Virus record (IMG/VR): IMGVR_UViG_3300031939_000024
Location: 1 to 25,761 of that record
Reading direction: 5' to 3' (one strand)
Source of the DNA: a virus
Taxonomy: Duplodnaviria; Caudoviricetes
DNA: 25,761 nt
Below the pieces are notes generated by a model. That model was not told the origin of the DNA and made no database searches. It saw only the letters and a list, made by a program, of their open reading frames with translations. The position numbers were made by a program, and so were the translations under genes. How positions within the stretch are numbered: position 1 is the first letter of the stretch; the number at the start of each line of letters is the position of its first letter. This document shows, one piece after another, positions 24,133 to 25,761 of the stretch.

Positions 24133-24999
24133 TCAGCTCCACGCCGCGGCTTGGGCGATCAGGCGCAGGTTCCACAGCGAGAGCTGAGCATTGCTGGGGG
24201 TGACCCGGCGCACCGTGAGGACGTTGGAGACCCCGCCCGGCGGCAGGTCGGGGATGCTGAGGTTGGCCGTGAAGGTCACCCCGTCCGAGGACAGCGTGTA
24301 CTGCCCGGGCACGCTGGGCGTCGCATCGCTCATCGCGTCCAGGGTCAGCTGGATGGTCTGTGCGGTCTTGGTCGGGGACAGGTTCTTCACCCGGAAGGTG
24401 CGGTCCGCGCTCGAGGAACGCGGCACGTCGCCCCAGTCGAAGTAGGCCCCAGAGACGTGTGCGTCGTTGGTAGGGTGCCACAGCGCGAGCCGGTCGGGGT
24501 TCTGCCCCGGCGAGATGTTGCCGTACAGGTGCAGCGCGGCCAGGTGCAGCCATAGGTTGCCGCCGCCGGCCGCCGGGGAGGTGGCGAACCGGACTGCCTG
24601 CTGGCCTAGCGCGGAGACTGCGTTCACCCCAGTGCGAAACGTCGGCTTGACCGGCGTGGACTTGCACGCGGTGTTGCTGGCCACGGTGGTCCAGGTGCCG
24701 TCCAGCCCGTTGGTGGTGTTGGTCGAGACGTCCATGCGCAGCAGGGGCTGGGCCGACTGGTCGGAGACGATGGCCAGCCAGCCGCTGATGTCGCGCTTCT
24801 CGGGGAAGAACAGCAGCAGGTAGGCCATGGCGTCGGGGATGTGCCAGTCCGAGGTCTGGTCGTCCTCGTCGTTGATCTCCTGGGTCTGGGCAGCGGTCAA
24901 CGCCGTGATGCCGTTGGAGCCGGAGATGACGTAGAGCTGGGTGCCGTCCCGGTCGTAGGCCATCCGGTTGCTGATCGGGTCGGGGTAGTTGCCCGCCAT
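24133..24999 (-). CDS. Minor tail protein (288 aa), beta-sandwich domains
   Basis: AGGAGG RBS; STNTTNGLDGTWT discoidin-like segment; Ig-like FDWGDV...RTFRVKN C-terminal part. Confidence 0.7.
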   Translation of the reverse strand: MAGNYPDPISNRMAYDRDGTQLYVISGSNGITALTAAQTQEINDEDDQTSDWHIPDAMAYLLLFFPEKRDISGWLAIVSDQSAQPLLRMDVSTNTTNGLDGTWTTVASNTACKSTPVKPTFRTGVNAVSALGQQAVRFATSPAAGGGNLWLHLAALHLYGNISPGQNPDRLALWHPTNDAHVSGAYFDWGDVPRSSSADRTFRVKNLSPTKTAQTIQLTLDAMSDATPSVPGQYTLSSDGVTFTANLSIPDLPPGGVSNVLTVRRVTPSNAQLSLWNLRLIAQAAAWS

Positions 25000-25013
25000 C
25001 GTGCCCTCCTGGG

Positions 25014-25427
25014 TCAGTCGTAGATGCCGAGCACGATGGCCCCGGCGTCGAGATAGGGGATCATCCCGATCGTGGTCTGGTACGGCTCAGCCACAGAGCC
25101 TACCGACACGCACTGGCCCGCCACCGGGTCCACCAGTGCCAGCCCCTGGATCCAGCCCCACGGCTGCGCTGCCTGGCCGAAGGTGATCTTGACGGTGTTG
25201 TAGAGCTCGCCGAAGTTGGTCGGGGCCCAGTGGGCCATGTCGACCGGGTAGTCCTGGCGTGCGTAGTCCGCGCTGGTCGGCTCGATCAGCTGGGAGGCCG
25301 CGGCGTTGGCCGGCGGCACCTGCAGGCACAGCGCCACCTGCAGCGAGGTCGGCGGGGTGAAGGCGTCCGGGGTCAGCAGGGCGCGCAGCATCTGCTGGCG
25401 CCCGTACATGGTGAAGGTGCTGCTCAT
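25014..25427 (-). CDS. Small minor tail protein (paralog family of ~135 aa)
   Basis: LQVALCLQVP...EPTSADYARQ...NTVKITF..A..PWG.I..LALVD...AG; ATGA overlap with the upstream gene. Confidence 0.7.
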   Translation of the reverse strand: MSSTFTMYGRQQMLRALLTPDAFTPPTSLQVALCLQVPPANAAASQLIEPTSADYARQDYPVDMAHWAPTNFGELYNTVKITFGQAAQPWGWIQGLALVDPVAGQCVSVGSVAEPYQTTIGMIPYLDAGAIVLGIYD

Positions 25428-25761
25428 GCGCTCACCTGGATCAGTGCGGCGCCGGGCAGGCGCGGGACGTTGGCCTGCACCAGCGCCATGGTGGCGAAGC
25501 GGTACTCCTGCTGGGTGACCACGGTGTAGTCGGCCATCTCGCAGGTCCAGGTCTGCTGGGAGTCACCGAAGCGGACGACCATCTGGAACGTCAGCTGCTC
25601 CAGGGCGTCGGTCAGCGCCTTCAGCCGGGTCTGCAGCTGGTAGGGCGTGGCGCCCTGGACGTAGACGCTCACCTGCTCGACCACGTTCTCGCGCACGCCC
25701 CGGGTGGTGAAGCTGCCCTCCACCCACTCGCTGCTGATGTCGGTCTTGCGATGGGTCACCG
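25424..25761 (-). CDS. Minor tail protein, 5'-truncated by the window edge (possibly distal-tail-like)
   Basis: ORF runs off the window; SEWVEGSF...VYVQG....LQTRLKALTDAL pattern resembles distal tail proteins. Confidence 0.55.
   Translation of the reverse strand, partial: VTHRKTDISSEWVEGSFTTRGVRENVVEQVSVYVQGATPYQLQTRLKALTDALEQLTFQMVVRFGDSQQTWTCEMADYTVVTQQEYRFATMALVQANVPRLPGAALIQVSA

Larger units (their letters stand above)
1..25761. mobile_element. Tailed bacteriophage/prophage genome segment, probably infecting an actinobacterium
   Basis: Phage-type replication cluster (helicase, primase, SSB, DnaE, Cas4-like, RuvC-like, DUF932-like), many small ORFs coupled by ATGA/GTGA/TGATG overlaps, a convergent block of tail-like genes, no host housekeeping context, high GC. 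Host assignment is inference. Confidence 0.93.

Overview
This window is a segment of a high-GC tailed-phage or prophage genome, actinobacteriophage-like in gene content and codon style. It has two convergent arms. The + strand (1-18435) opens with a tightly coupled replication/recombination module: DnaB-like helicase, compact DnaG-like primase, HTH protein, gp32-like SSB, a C-terminally truncated DnaE, an Acb2/Tad1-like hairpin protein, a Cas4-like exonuclease, a RuvC-like resolvase, a TerS-like HTH protein and a DUF932-like protein. An accessory region of small genes follows, separated by repeated promoter/hairpin/RBS elements. It includes a secreted protein plus small membrane protein pair and a self-contained three-gene membrane module. 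The - strand (18514-25761) holds the distal end of a tail/minor-tail operon, and the two arms meet at a nested hairpin terminator (~18434-18502). The best leads are: (i) the repeat-delimited cassette array at 12774-14330 with a candidate secreted toxin/immunity pair; (ii) a candidate immune-signal sponge inside the replication operon; (iii) a repeated promoter-operator plus double-hairpin leader; (iv) a structured leader at 16104-16260. All family calls come from motif recognition by eye, not database searches. No tRNA, rRNA, CRISPR array, integrase, transposase or lysis genes were recognised.
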